DNA of 64,000 bases from Octopus bimaculoides (Eukaryota). Below the pieces are notes generated by a model, which was not told where the DNA came from, ran no database searches, and saw only the letters and a list, made by a program, of their open reading frames with translations. This document shows, one piece after another, positions 1-12,402 of this stretch. The number at the start of each line of letters is the position of its first letter. The stretch's first letter is position 1. Position numbers and translations under genes: made by a program. The stretch is from contig NC_068983.1 of the NCBI RefSeq assembly GCF_001194135.2, forward strand, positions 93,702,021 through 93,766,020, read 5' to 3'.

Positions 1-10
1 TATATATATA

Positions 11-638
11 CAGGGTGTGATAGGTAAATTGTCGCCATTTTATATTTTTTATTTTGTGCATGCAAATTGTTTGTTTTTGATACAGTATAGTAGGGTCAGT
101 TGGGCACCATCTGTGAGAAAAACAGCATCATGACAAAATTCACTCTGCCAGAAATTTGAAAAGGACATGCTGTACTGCTTGGCATTCACACCAGAAGTTC
201 CAATATGAACATTTCAGTGTGTTTGAGTATCAATCTGAGGACATGTATTGAGTGTAATAAAAGTCAAACATCCAGTCAACATCATGGTGTTTGGAGTGAT
301 CACTAGTGATGATGATGTTATGCTTCAGACTCAATACAGAGGTGTACATCAAATGCCAGGAGGAGGTAGTGCTGCCCTGGATCAAGAGGGTGGCTGTTGG
401 AAGACCCTATGTCTAGCAACAGGACTTAAACAATGAGACCATCCAGAAAAGTTGCAGGAGATTCCAAAATTATCTGGAGGCCGTGGTTGAAGCCAATGGC
501 GATTTTATTGAATAAATTAACTCTTTAGTATTTCAAGATATTTTTTTATGTAATTTTGATATATTTGTGAAAATGAGATGTCTGTGTTATTTTAATTTTT
601 GCAAAATTTAGATGACAATTTATTGGCCACACCCTCTG
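11..638 (+). mobile_element. Internally deleted Tc1/mariner-superfamily DNA transposon
   Basis: Imperfect TIRs CAGGGTGTGATAGGTAAATTGTC (11-33) and GACAATTTATTGGCCACACCCTCTG (614-638); TA on the left. Transposase remnants KHPVNIMVFGVITSD (about 266-310) and C-terminal CRRFQNYLEAVVEANGDFIE* (stop 513-515). Confidence 0.8.
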
Positions 639-1571
639 TGTGTGTGTGTGTGATTGTCATATATATATTCATGTGAGTATATCTATCTATTTATATGCGT
701 ATATATATATCATCATCATCATTGATGGCGATGTGTGTGTGTGTGTGGATGGGTGTGTGTGTGCATGCATGCGTGTGACTTTAGAGGGATAATTATATAT
801 ATTTATCCATGTTTATATAGATAGATAGATAGATAGAAAGATTTATATCGATATGTAGATACGTATAGATATATATAGATTTATGTGCGTGTTTATGTAT
901 GTATGTGTATATGTAGTGCTTTATTAAAATGTTCACCTCTTCTCACTAATGGAGTCTTCAGATTCCATAAAGTAAAACTTAGTTATTGACCCTGCAGGTT
1001 GTAACAGTTTTGTAAAAGAATGCTTGGGGAAAAAGAACACATGTTGCTTCCAGGTATGTGGTACTACTGAAACCATCAGCCTACAGAGGCACTGCAATAT
1101 AGTTTAATGTTTAACGTATATCTCTGTAGTGTAATAATTAATGCAGTTTTATAATGTAATAGTCAGAATGAATTATTCTAGTGAAACTGGTTAATATGCT
1201 TTCATGCACTCTAATGGTTAGCATGTATTATTCTTGTGTAACATTAGATATTAGATATTGAGCTATCTACCCTTATTCTCCAATGGTGTCACTGCATTGT
1301 TTCAGAGCAGAATATTTTGTTCTCTACTTTATTCACTGAATTGTCAGGAATACCTGCAATGTTAAGAGAGAGCAACTGATAGCATAATTCATCTGCTCTG
1401 TTATCAAAGTTATCTATTACACAGTACCCAACTTTTTAAACCTTTTACACTTCAATTCAGTGAACTGGACACAAACAGAGACCAAGGGAGTTACATGACT
1501 CTTGCCTCTTTCTACAACAAAAGAATGTAATCACTTCACCTGTCAAGAAAGTATTATTGAACCTTCTTCCC

Positions 1572-1799
1572 TTAATCCATTGGCATTTAAACTGGCCATA
1601 TCCAGCCTAAATATTCAACCTGTTTTATGTTGAAACTGGCCAGATCTGTCCTCTCACACCTATTCTACAATGTCATTCTATAAATATATTATCACATAAC
1701 CAAAATTTTGAAGGTGTGAGATAATGTATGATTAATTCAAAACAATTTGAATAAATAAGCTTTAGATTTCATGGAGTTATCCGAATGCTAAAGGGTTAA
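1572..1799 (+). mobile_element. TTAA-flanked MITE (piggyBac-like ends), copy 1
   Basis: Begins TTAAtccattggcatt, ends gaatgctaaagggTTAA; internal sequence shared with copies at 42190 and 62011-62448. Confidence 0.7.
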
Positions 1800-2055
1800 C
1801 CTGAGCAACATATATCAAGAAACTCCGTGTTTACTTCAAACAATAGTTGTCTCTAATAATGAGGTTCTCTGCTGGCAAACACATGCATCCTTAACAAAGC
1901 AAAGATTGCATCCCAAAGACTGGCCTTTCTCTTTAGAGCTAGAAAATATTTCAACCCAATCAATCCCCACCAACAAGTTTGTTAGTTATTGTGTATACTA
2001 GCATATTCACATATATGTACCTATCTATCTATCAATATATATATGTATATATATG

Positions 2056-2118
<63 letters not shown>

Positions 2119-3054
2119 NNNNNNNNNNNNNNNNNNNNNNNNNNNNNNNNNNNNNNNNNNNNNNNNNNNNNNNNNNNNNNNNNNNNNNNNNNNNNNNNNN
2201 NNNNNNNNNNNNNNNNNNNNNNNNNNNNNNNNNNNNNNNNNNNNNNNNNNNNNNNNNNNNNNNNNNNNNNNNNNNNNNNNNNNNNNNNNNNNNNNNNNNN
2301 NNNNNNNNNNNNNNNNNNNNNNNNNNNNNNNNNNNNNNNNNNNNNNNNNNNNNNNNNNNNNNNNNNNNNNNNNNNNNNNNNNNNNNNNNNNNNNNNNNNN
2401 NNNNNNNNNNNNNNNNNNNNNNNNNNNNNNNNNNNNNNNNNNNNNNNNNNNNNNNNNNNNNNNNNNNNNNNNNNNNNNNNNNNNNNNNNNNNNNNNNNNN
2501 NNNNNNNNNNNNNNNNNNNNNNNNNNNNNNNNNNNNNNNNNNNNNNNNNNNNNNNNNNNNNNNNNNNNNNNNNNNNNNNNNNNNNNNNNNNNNNNNNNNN
2601 NNNNNNNNNNNNNNNNNNNNNNNNNNNNNNNNNNNNNNNNNNNNNNNNNNNNNNNNNNNNNNNNNNNNNNNNNNNNNNNNNNNNNNNNNNNNNNNNNNNN
2701 NNNNNNNNNNNNNNNNNNNNNNNNNNNNNNNNNNNNNNNNNNNNNNNNNNNNNNNNNNNNNNNNNNNNNNNNNNNNNNNNNNNNNNNNNNNNNNNNNNNN
2801 NNNNNNNNNNNNNNNNNNNNNNNNNNNNNNNNNNNNNNNNNNNNNNNNNNNNNNNNNNNNNNNNNNNNNNNNNNNNNNNNNNNNNNNNNNNNNNNNNNNN
2901 NNNNNNNNNNNNNNNNNNNNNNNNNNNNNNNNNNNNNNNNNNNNNNNNNNNNNNNNNNNNNNNNNNNNNNNNNNNNNNNNNNNNNNNNNNNNNNNNNNNN
3001 NNNNNNNNNNNNNNNNNNNNNNNNNNNNNNNNNNNNNNNNNNNNNNNNNNNNNN
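2119..3054. other. Assembly gap inside (TA)n microsatellite (other gaps: 3508-3985, 5350-5405, 17935-17944, 26510-27008, 30154-31130, 41162-41392, 52828-52978, 55627-55680)
   Basis: Runs of N, most bordered by (TA)n. Confidence 0.99.
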
Positions 3055-3121
<67 letters not shown>

Positions 3122-3468
3122 TATATATATAGTTCGAATTAACAGAAAACAAAAGATGAAGACAGGTGAGGGAACAACAAGCAGGTGCATTAGTTTGACA
3201 CTCAGGAAGAATGGAGAAGTGTATGACATTTTGAACCTACACTCTTCGACAGAAAGGGATGAGAGGAAAAAAATGGAGAGAGAATGAAAAAAACCAGAAA
3301 AAATATGTAAGGATTAACAGTTCAATATATGTATATATATAGGCGTCTCTGCATTTCTAATGAATAATACATAGTCTATTGACTGTTTTTGCTCTCGCTA
3401 GACCACTGGTGGTAAATAAAATTTCTAAAATTTTCTTTGCCACCCTATAATTTATTAATAATGATAAA

Positions 3469-3507
<39 letters not shown>

Positions 3508-4119
3508 NNNNNNNNNNNNNNNNNNNNNNNNNNNNNNNNNNNNNNNNNNNNNNNNNNNNNNNNNNNNNNNNNNNNNNNNNNNNNNNNNNNNNNNNNNNNN
3601 NNNNNNNNNNNNNNNNNNNNNNNNNNNNNNNNNNNNNNNNNNNNNNNNNNNNNNNNNNNNNNNNNNNNNNNNNNNNNNNNNNNNNNNNNNNNNNNNNNNN
3701 NNNNNNNNNNNNNNNNNNNNNNNNNNNNNNNNNNNNNNNNNNNNNNNNNNNNNNNNNNNNNNNNNNNNNNNNNNNNNNNNNNNNNNNNNNNNNNNNNNNN
3801 NNNNNNNNNNNNNNNNNNNNNNNNNNNNNNNNNNNNNNNNNNNNNNNNNNNNNNNNNNNNNNNNNNNNNNNNNNNNNNNNNNNNNNNNNNNNNNNNNNNN
3901 NNNNNNNNNNNNNNNNNNNNNNNNNNNNNNNNNNNNNNNNNNNNNNNNNNNNNNNNNNNNNNNNNNNNNNNNNNNNNNNNNNNNNATATATAGGCGTCTC
4001 TGCATTTCTAATGAATAATACATAGTCTATTGACTGTTTTTGCTCTCGCTAGACCACTGGTGGTAAATAAAATTTCTAAAATTTTCTTTGCCACCCTATA
4101 ATTTATTAATAATGATAAA

Positions 4120-4152
<33 letters not shown>

Positions 4153-4157
<5 letters not shown>

Positions 4158-4320
4158 CACAGTATTACTGAGTGGTAAGAAGCCTGCTTCCCAACCACAT
4201 GGTTCAGTCCCACTGCATGATACATTGGACAAATATCTTCTATAGCCTCTGGTTGACCAATGCCTTGTATATAAACTTGGTAGATGGAAGCTCAAAGAAG
4301 CTTGGCATGTGTTTGTGTGA
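4153..4320 (+). mobile_element. tRNA-derived SINE fragment (CORE-like family)
   Basis: Head GGCACAGT..GTGGTAAGAAGCCTGCTTCCCAACCACATGGTTCAGTCCCACTGC shared with copies at 14121, 16590, 34440, 52370 and 55683. Confidence 0.7.
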
Positions 4321-5054
4321 ACATGTGTGTGTATTTATATATACATGTGACATCTGGTCATGACCACACCATTAGCAGCCCGTCCCCACCAACAGCTGAT
4401 AATCCCCTACCAACCTTGGGTTTGAAAAGTACCTCAACTGATTGACATAAAATCACTCACAAACACACTTACAAAGACATCTGCTCCTTGGAAGTAGGTG
4501 GTTACTCTACTGCCACTTCTATTCAGGGACTCAATGGTCACTCATTATTTTATCCAGCTTTCCTCTGGTAGAATGCGATGATTAAGTGCGGCTGTCTGGA
4601 TGATGTTGATTTGGCAGAAGTGAGTGGATATTAAACCTGTATTGATGTCAGTAATCTTTGACAGTGGAGGGAAACACGCAAACACACCTGCACACACACA
4701 CACACAGAGACTGAAACTGAAAGAAGCCTATTGTGTATATATTTGAGTATGTGTGTCTGTCTCCACCCCACCTACTGCTTAACAACTGGTGTTAATGCAT
4801 TTTCATCCCTACAACTTAGCAGTTCAGTAATAGAGTCTGATAGAAATATGCACATAGAGAGACAGGCAGACAGACAAAGGGAGAGGGAGATAGAGAGGAA
4901 AAGAGAGATGTTACAATTTATTAGTTCAACATGACTAACATAAACACCTTCCATCTCTTCATAAACACAGAGAAATTCATTTACACATATAAAGAGCAAA
5001 ACAGAGAGAGAGAGAGGGTGGAGGGAGATAGAGAGAGGAATGAAGAGTACGAGG

Positions 5055-5565
5055 GAAATACTGGTTTCAAATATTAGCACAAGGCCAACAATATCGTGAG
5101 CTGAGGTTAAGTCGATTACATTAATCCCAGTGCTCAACTGGTACTGTTTTATCCACCGCAAAAGATGGAAAGGCAAAGTTGACCCATGTGGCATTTGAAC
5201 TCAGAATGTAAAGTAGGAAGAAATGCCACAAAACATTTTGCCCCACATGGTAATAATTCTGCCAGCTCACCACCTTGTATGAGAGAAATATTGGTTTCAA
5301 ATTTTGGCACAAGGCCAGCAATTTCAGGGGAGGGAGCAAGTCGTTTACANNNNNNNNNNNNNNNNNNNNNNNNNNNNNNNNNNNNNNNNNNNNNNNNNNN
5401 NNNNNCCCCCCCCGGTTTAACTGCTAGTACTTATTTTATCGAGCCTAAATGGGATGAAAGGCAAAGTTGACCTTGGCAGAATTTGAACTCAGAACATTAA
5501 GACAGATGAAATGGTGCTAAGCATTGTGTCCAGCATGCTAATGATTCTGCCAGCTTGCCACCCTA
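5055..5565 (-). mobile_element. Two head-to-tail copies of a roughly 220-bp tRNA-derived SINE
   Basis: Minus strand has GGTGAGCTGGCAGAAT (A-box-like), GAGTTCAAAT (B-box-like) and a CTTTGCCTTTCATCC..GATAAAATAAGTAC core; repeated twice with a small N gap in the second copy. Confidence 0.75.
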
Positions 5566-6759
5566 TATGAGAGAAGATATTAAAATGAGAGAAACATTGA
5601 AACATTTGATATCAAATTTGTCAGTTGGAATCAGCAACACTAAATAGACAATACCTAAACAGCTGTACCAAAATGTCTCATATTCTTCCCCTTGGTACCA
5701 AGATAAAATCATTATTCCCAGAATGTCAGCCTTTTGGGATTCTCTCTGAGCACATATCTTTCCTGCAGCAGTTTTAGTGAGCTGGTAACAACATTGATTT
5801 GATTTTGTCAGTCTCAGACAACACTGAAGGCTACAGGTATATTCCTTTCTTCCAGACATTTTTCCAGAAAAAAACAAAAATCTGGTATGGAACACATTTT
5901 TCTACATTATCTCAGTTCACTTAACTGTCAGAAATAGGTTTCAGTTAATCTCATTTAGTTATCAGTGATCAATTAACAATTCTGAAGAGAGTGGTTGGAG
6001 GAGATTTTTATGGTAAAATATAAAGAAAACGTTGTAAAAAAAAAGAATTCTCAGCTGTCTTAACCAACCATATTTTTCATTTTTCTCCTTGATATATTTT
6101 GTTTTGTAGACATCCTTCATATGCATGTTTTTGTACATTTTATATATATATATACATATATATATATAGAGAGACAGACAGACATATATATAATGTATAA
6201 ATGCTGTATATATATATATATATTTGTAAACGCACATACTTATATACATACTTTGACCTTTGACATTTGTTATTGGATTTATGCCTACCTGACCTGAAGC
6301 TATGCTTCAGCAAATACAATACATTTATCATTGGTTTGTTGTTGTTTGGGTTTTTATTTTTTTTTATGAAATCATTTCTGTCTAACTTATATATTACATA
6401 TCATTGGTTAGCAAGGCAGTTCAACAGTGCTCATTTCTGCCAATAATGTAGGTTTTCTCTCTGTCTTGAAGTCTCTGTAAATCTACTATTGTAGACCTGT
6501 TTAACTTTGTATGCAGTTCATTGCCGCTTGTCATCTTATTCATGAAGCCCAGCATCCTGAGATTTCACTTCCCATATCTTCCTCAGTTTTCCTCTTTTAA
6601 CCAGTATTTTCAACTCACAGTACATGATTCCTTTTTAAAATGTGTTCTTTGTCAATTCATTTTACATCTTGATACTAGTTTAGTCATCTCACATGTATCT
6701 TATGCATATATCATTTATCTTTTATTCTTTTGCTTGTTTCAGTCATAAGACTCCAGATA

Positions 6760-7010
6760 TGCTGGAGCATCATCTTGAAGGATTTTTAGTCAAAAGTATT
6801 TAATTTTGTTAAGCCTGGTACTTATTCTATCAGTCTTCTATTGCTGAACCACTAAGTTACAGGGGCATAGCCACACTAATGCCAGTTGTCAAGTGGTGGT
6901 GGTGGTGGGGCGGGGGACACAAACACACATGATGGGCTTCTTTCAGTTTCTGCCTACCCAGTGCACTCACAAGGCTTTAGTCAGCCCAAGGCTATTGTAG
7001 AAGACATTTG
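6760..7010 (-). mobile_element. SINE fragment (CORE-like family, 3' part)
   Basis: Reverse complement of TTAGGCCAAATGTCTTCTACAATAGCC..GAAACTGAAAGAAGCCC..GTAACTTAGTGGTTCAGCAA..GATGCTCCAGCAT matches other copies in the window. Confidence 0.65.
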
Positions 7011-7509
7011 GCCTAAGTTTGACGGGATCTATGCACACACATATACTTCATTTTTGTATTTGGTTCACAAGATTCTTGATGTGAATTTGTGTGTTAAAAC
7101 AAATGTTATTGTACTTTGGGAGAGTCATTACACTAATAATAATAACACACACACACATATATATATATATATACACCAGTTGGGCAGTAGTTACATTTTG
7201 TTATGTCCTACAGAAACAATGAGCCATAGTTTGGTGACTGATGCGCAAAGAACATTGGAATGAAGTACCTTATTTACAAAACTACCTGCTGATATCAAGA
7301 AGGGTATCTATCCATTGAATATTACCTCAAGAAATCACATCCAACTCATGAGAGAGTGGAAAAAAAGAAAAAAAAAATCATAGAAAAGATGATGGTTCAT
7401 ACACAACAGGCTTCTGTACAGTTTCTGTCTACCAAATTCTACTCAATAAGGCCACTCTAGAAGACACTTGCCTAAGATGGTGTGTAGTGGTATCATCTTT
7501 GTAGCATGC

Positions 7510-7870
7510 CAGGCAAAATGCTGAACAGCGTTTTGTCCATCTTAACATTCTGAGTTAAAGAGTTCGAATCCTGCTAAGGTCAACTTTGTCTTTCATTCTT
7601 TTGACTGAATAAAGTATCAGCTGAGTACTGGTCTTGTGCCAAAACTTGGAACCAGTATTTTGTAACATCAAGGTGGCAGAATCGTTAGTACATCGGGCAA
7701 AATGTTTAGCATTTTGTCTGTCTTAATGTTCTGAGTTCAAATCCCAGAGGTCAACTTTGTGTTTCATTCTTTCTCCTTAATAAAATAAGTTCCAGTTGAG
7801 TACTGGGATTGATGTAATCAACTTACCCCTCCCCTGAAATTGCTGGTCTTGTACAAAAATTTGAAATCAA
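7510..7870 (+). mobile_element. Two tandem partial copies of the 220-bp SINE
   Basis: Each has GTTCTGAGTT..AATCC..AGGTCAACTTTG..TTTCATTC..AATAA..GTACTGG..TGTACCAAAA-like blocks. Confidence 0.7.
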
Positions 7871-8753
7871 TGTTATGTAACATCACATTTCTCTCTTATA
7901 CACATTTCATACAGTTTGCCTTTTGTAATAATAAAAAAGCAACCCTTGTTACCAACAAAAGCATCAGTGTCTTTCTCAGTCACAACCATTATTTTACACT
8001 TTCTAGTTTCTCAGTTCTGCTTTTACCTAGCTTGTTAGCTCAAACAAAGTAAGCATCTACTGCATTCTAGGAAGGCCTAGAAATGTCATGGATTGTCTCT
8101 TCCTCTTCTGACTAAAAAAACATCTCTCAGTAGCCAATGCAATGAGTACCAGGCATGCACTGTTGTCATACTTCTGTCAGTTTTAGCTAAGTGCTTCTAA
8201 AGTGTTGTCTTTTGTCTTTATGCACTGCAGGAAATAATTATTTAATATAAAAGAGACGAGCTGACTCCATCTGTTAACATTTAACTGTGGATGGTGGATA
8301 TTGGGTGTGGTTGTTTCAGTTCAGATTTGGCTCTGCAGTTTTAGTAACTAACTGTTGCTAGAAATACAAATGTAAGTAGGAAGTGGTAGAGAAATACATT
8401 TTTAAATGGCAACTGTTCTTGTGTCAGTCTGCTTCTGTTCTTACTGTATAAAGTACACATTGTTGGGGAAGAAAAATAACAAACCAACTGCAAGTAATGG
8501 GTTGGACTGTTAGTTTATATTTATATACATGCTCCTGAATATGTGTGTGAGAGCATGTGAATATATATATATGACATTCTTCATGTGTGAAATAACTGTG
8601 CTGTGCACACAAACATAACACATGTAAAGAAATATATCATATCCAGAAAGCTAGCTGAATATTCATACATACATACATATGTTCACACACACACACACGT
8701 GTATATTCAGCAGTACATATACGAAAATGGAATGTTATAAAGTACATACATAC

Positions 8754-8794
<41 letters not shown>

Positions 8795-8979
8795 AAAAAT
8801 GTGTATGTGTGTGTTTGTATGTATGTATGTATGTGTGTGCATACAAATTTAGCAGTGCATAAATGCGATTATATATATATATTCAAGGTTGAATATGGTA
8901 CTTATGCATAGGCACCCGAATATCGTATCCCAAAAGGATAGGTGATCAAAAAATAAGCAACACGGATTTCAAAGGTGAT

Positions 8980-9068
8980 TGCAGTACGCACATTTCATGC
9001 TACTCCAATTTATTTAAGTAATGCGAGCATTACATTAAATGCAATATGAAGAGCAATCTTCAGCTGCA
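8980..9068 (-). ncRNA. Candidate minimal type I hammerhead ribozyme (probably decayed)
   Basis: Minus strand: UGCAG-CUGAAGA-UUGCU..AGCAU-GAAA-U-GUGC-GUA-CUGCA. Stem I UGCAG/CUGCA, both core blocks intact, cleavage triplet GUA. Confidence 0.6.
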
Positions 9069-9689
9069 CGAAAATGCAGAAAATTACAGTAGAATAGACA
9101 TATTATAAATGTGGCAACATTTCAAATCCAAGTGGGAGAGAGAATACATAAAAATCCAAGTGGGAGGAAGAATACATAAATCCATCTTGACATAGCTGAG
9201 TCTATCAGGCTAGTAATTGATTCTAGACAAAAGTTCTGTCTCAGATTTTATTGTTTCTTATCTAGTGGTGATAGCATAAGGGACAATTACTTCTAAAGAG
9301 AGGGAAGGTGTAAGCAATATGCATGGACAAGGCTATAAAATGTATTAGAATATAAAGGTTTCACTGGTCAGAGTAGTATCAGGTCATTTTACTATCAAAA
9401 TGTTGAGGAATTAAAACCCTAGGTATATGGGTCAAATAGGTTTTTTTCTTTTAGTCTGAATAGAGTAACAGTAGTGGTACAGATAACAATAATATTTTAA
9501 CCAATATTTTCACAATAAGAGGTATGTTAATAAAATAAGTAAAATGAGATGTAATTATTTTCTATATATATATAGTAATATGATGAAGTAAAAAAAGAAA
9601 CTCAGTAGCTAAGGTAAAGTAAAGTTTTAATATACAGGTTTATATTTCCAATTTGCCATATTCTGCTACTCAAAGTTTCATGTCTCAGT

Positions 9690-10700
9690 CCTTAGACATT
9701 TCTCAAAACCTACAGGCTTTTTCATATGATTGCAAGCTTAGCAAATATACTAACCCTATTAAAGATTAAATTCATTAACTCCAGCTTCAGCATGTACTAA
9801 GTGTCATATCATAAGGACAGTCATACTCTCGTTGCCTTTATATAGATTCTCATTACATTTTATATCTTAGCATTTAAAACTACTGCAGCTACCAATCTTC
9901 CTAATGTAAACTTCTTAGAATCAGATATTTACAGACCATTCCATAAAGCTATTGAGGAACTAAGTTATCAAAATAAATACACCTGCTGTCTTAGTTCTTA
10001 TAGTTTTTAGAAATTTGATAAAAAATATGAACAGAATTTCTAACCCCCTCCTCACTGAAAGGAGTTTTTAGTGTGTTGGTGCCCTACAACAATGGAAGAA
10101 GAAATTCTCTATACCTTCAATGCACAGCCCTTACGGACCCAGGAAAATCATTTGGTTCAGGTCTCTTTCTCCTTAAATCTTAAAACCAATGTAGGTAAGA
10201 AATTTCTGGCCCTTATAGCTTAGCATTATTTGATAAATCATAGATAGAGAAAGATTTTCAACAAACTTTTTTTTTTTAATCGGCTACAGCTGCTCTTTGC
10301 TCATGAAAATACTTAACACCAGTGAGTCATTCAAACATTATGTTCTAAGTTTTTCATGCTGGAAGATTGAAATATGCTTTTTAAACCAGGCATACAGTGT
10401 ATGATCAGTTGTATATATGACACTAATGTTATCCCAACTATACCACATCAGCCATCTCAGAAGAAACATTACATAAGTATGGTTGAGGATAACTTTTCTC
10501 AGAGGTTGTATAACCACAACATGCCTTCTGATACTTTCCTGACACTGGCCAATCATACTTGGAAAATGAGAGAGTTCAGCACAAATTGCAATATCAAGTG
10601 GAAAATTCTCATAAGGTTCAGACCTTAAACTAATGGGACAAGAAAATGCTAACTTTGTTGAAAAGCTCTAACTGCTAAAATATCAGAATTGCCTTTTTTT
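9690..10700 (+). mobile_element. Degraded Penelope-like retroelement (RT C-terminus plus GIY-YIG endonuclease)
   Basis: In-frame block from 9873: FKTTAATNLPNVNFLE..IYRPFHKAIEELSYQNK; RKIIWF then FSLNLKTNVGKKFLALI (10141-10218, frameshifted); CMISCIYDTNVI..HYISMVEDNFSQRLYNHN..WKMREFSTNCNIKWKIL..RKC*LC (10390-10660), matching the PLE GIY-YIG domain and CxxC tail. Confidence 0.85.
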
Positions 10701-11179
10701 AATAGTGCTCACCTGCTGACAAGTTCATGCTAGCCTACTAGAAAACTCAATCTTCATCAGACTAACACCTTGGGGTGCACAGATCTTTCAATCTGCATTA
10801 TACATCTCTATAATCTAGATAGCACTTATTAGATGAAATTTTGCAAGTGATATCCTGATGACATGGTACAGCAGAGAGCTAAAAGAGGAGTCAGTTTCTA
10901 TCTGCCAAAATCACATGGCTTTGATTGACTTAGGGCTATAGTAAAAGACACTTGCCCACATCTTCCCATGACTGGACAGCCAATTGTTGTGGTTAACAAT
11001 CACCACTGTTCTTTCCCCCTAAACACACATTACATCTGTGTATGTGTATATATCTATATTATGTATGTATATATATCTGTGTGTATATATGTGCATATAT
11101 ATCTGTGTGTATATGTGTGCATATATATATATCTGTGTGTGTGTATATGTGTGCATGTCTGTGTATATATCCTTGTGTG

Positions 11180-11335
11180 TTTGTTTGTGTTCTGAGTTCA
11201 AATGCCTCCTAGGTCAACTTTGCCTTTCATCCTCTCAGCGTCAATAAAATAAGTACCAATTGAGCACTGGGGTCGATGCAACTGACTTACCTCTCCCATC
11301 GAAAATGATGGCCTTGTGCCAAAATTTGAAATCTA
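11180..11335 (+). mobile_element. 220-bp SINE, 5'-truncated
   Basis: GTTCTGAGTTCAAATGCC..GGTCAACTTTGCCTTTCATCC..AATAAGTACCAATTGAGCACTGGGGTCGATG..CTTGTGCCAAAATTTGAAA. Confidence 0.75.
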
Positions 11336-11883
11336 TATATCTGGGTGTGTATAAGTGTGTGTTATTCTGATCATAGTTCAGACTATCATATGGTGGTAAT
11401 ATACATTAGTTTTCTATGTTTGATTTTGATTCATATTGTTGTTGCTTCTTGCAGCAAAGGCAGAGAGTTTCTACAGCTCTATGATATACAGAATAGAAAA
11501 TCTCTCAAAATTTATTATAATCATAACATTAATTACACAGCACACTGCAAGGTGCATTAGTTGGTCTGGCAATGAAACTGTCACAGTTCTGATGAGTCTC
11601 AGCCTGTTGCAATGTAGTCAGGTCTACACATGCTGCAATCAGGTTTTATTCATCTTGTATAGATTAATTCTGCATAAGAATAGGTTGAAGTAATTTGAAT
11701 TTTATTACTTGGCAATTGAACATGTGAATTTGACAACTGAACACAATTTTGACCTCTCTGTTTGGGTGTCAGAATTCAATCAGAACCATGCATATTCAGT
11801 CAGACAGACCATATACATATATGGTCTGTATGCATGCATACATGCATATATGTATGTATGCATGTATGTATATATATATATAT

Positions 11884-12402
11884 ATGGATGAGGACAGCCG
11901 TGTGAAGAAGTGTCACACCCTAACAGTGGAGGGAACCTATGAAAGAAGTAGACCCAGGAAGACCTCGGATGAAGTGGTAAAGCATGACCTTCAAATGTTG
12001 GGCCTCACAGAGGCAATGACAAGTGACTGAGACCTTTGGAGATTGTGCTTGAATAGACCTGTTGAGTCAAGTGAAATCATTGTCATGGCCGATGTCAGTG
12101 CCACCTGACTAGCACCTATACAGTGCTAGTAAAAAGCACCATTTGAGCATGGCCAATACCGGTGCTGGTGAGCCCCATTCATGCGTGGTCAATGTCAGTG
12201 CCACCTGATTGGCTCTCATGCTGATGGCATGTAAAAAGCACCCACTACACTCTTTGAATGGTTGGCATTAGGAAGGGCATCCAGCTGTAGAAACCTTGTC
12301 AGATTAGATTGGAGCCTGGCGCAGCCTCCTGGCTTGCCAGTCCTCAGTCAAACTGTCCAACTCATGCCAATATGGAAAGCAGACATTAAAGATGATGATG
12401 AT
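11884..12402 (+). mobile_element. 5'-truncated RTE-clade LINE (ORF C-terminus, 3' UTR, (GAT)n tail)
   Basis: MDEDSRVKKCHTLTVEGTYERSRPRKTSDEVVKHDLQMLGLTEAMTSD*DLW matches the RTE C-terminal motif G-R-G-R-P-x-K-T-W; 3' UTR TTAGGAAGGGCATCCAGCTGTAGAAA..ATGGAAAGCAGACATTAAA(GAT)n; sits in a (TA)n tract. Confidence 0.85.

Noticed and set aside
997-1058. CAG|..|GTATGT candidate exon
   Set aside because: The only open frame (CNSFVKECLGKKNTCCFQ) does not resemble TMEM245 and ends in the wrong phase for the 37774 exon.
1979-3287. Long ORFs of 350-430 aa here and at 3437-4023, 26342-27117, 30062-31275 and 41113-41427
   Set aside because: They consist of X from N-gaps plus YI/HT repeats from (TA)n and (CA)n; not genes.
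3341-4125. 134-bp exact duplication (3341-3474 = 3992-4125)
   Set aside because: The copies sit on either side of an N-gap and are bounded by (TA)n; most likely a scaffolding overlap artefact.
10725-10770. Hammerhead expected at the 3' end of the PLE remnant
   Set aside because: Only partial cores (CTGACAAG..GAAA on +; CTGATGA..GAAC on minus) without convincing stems.
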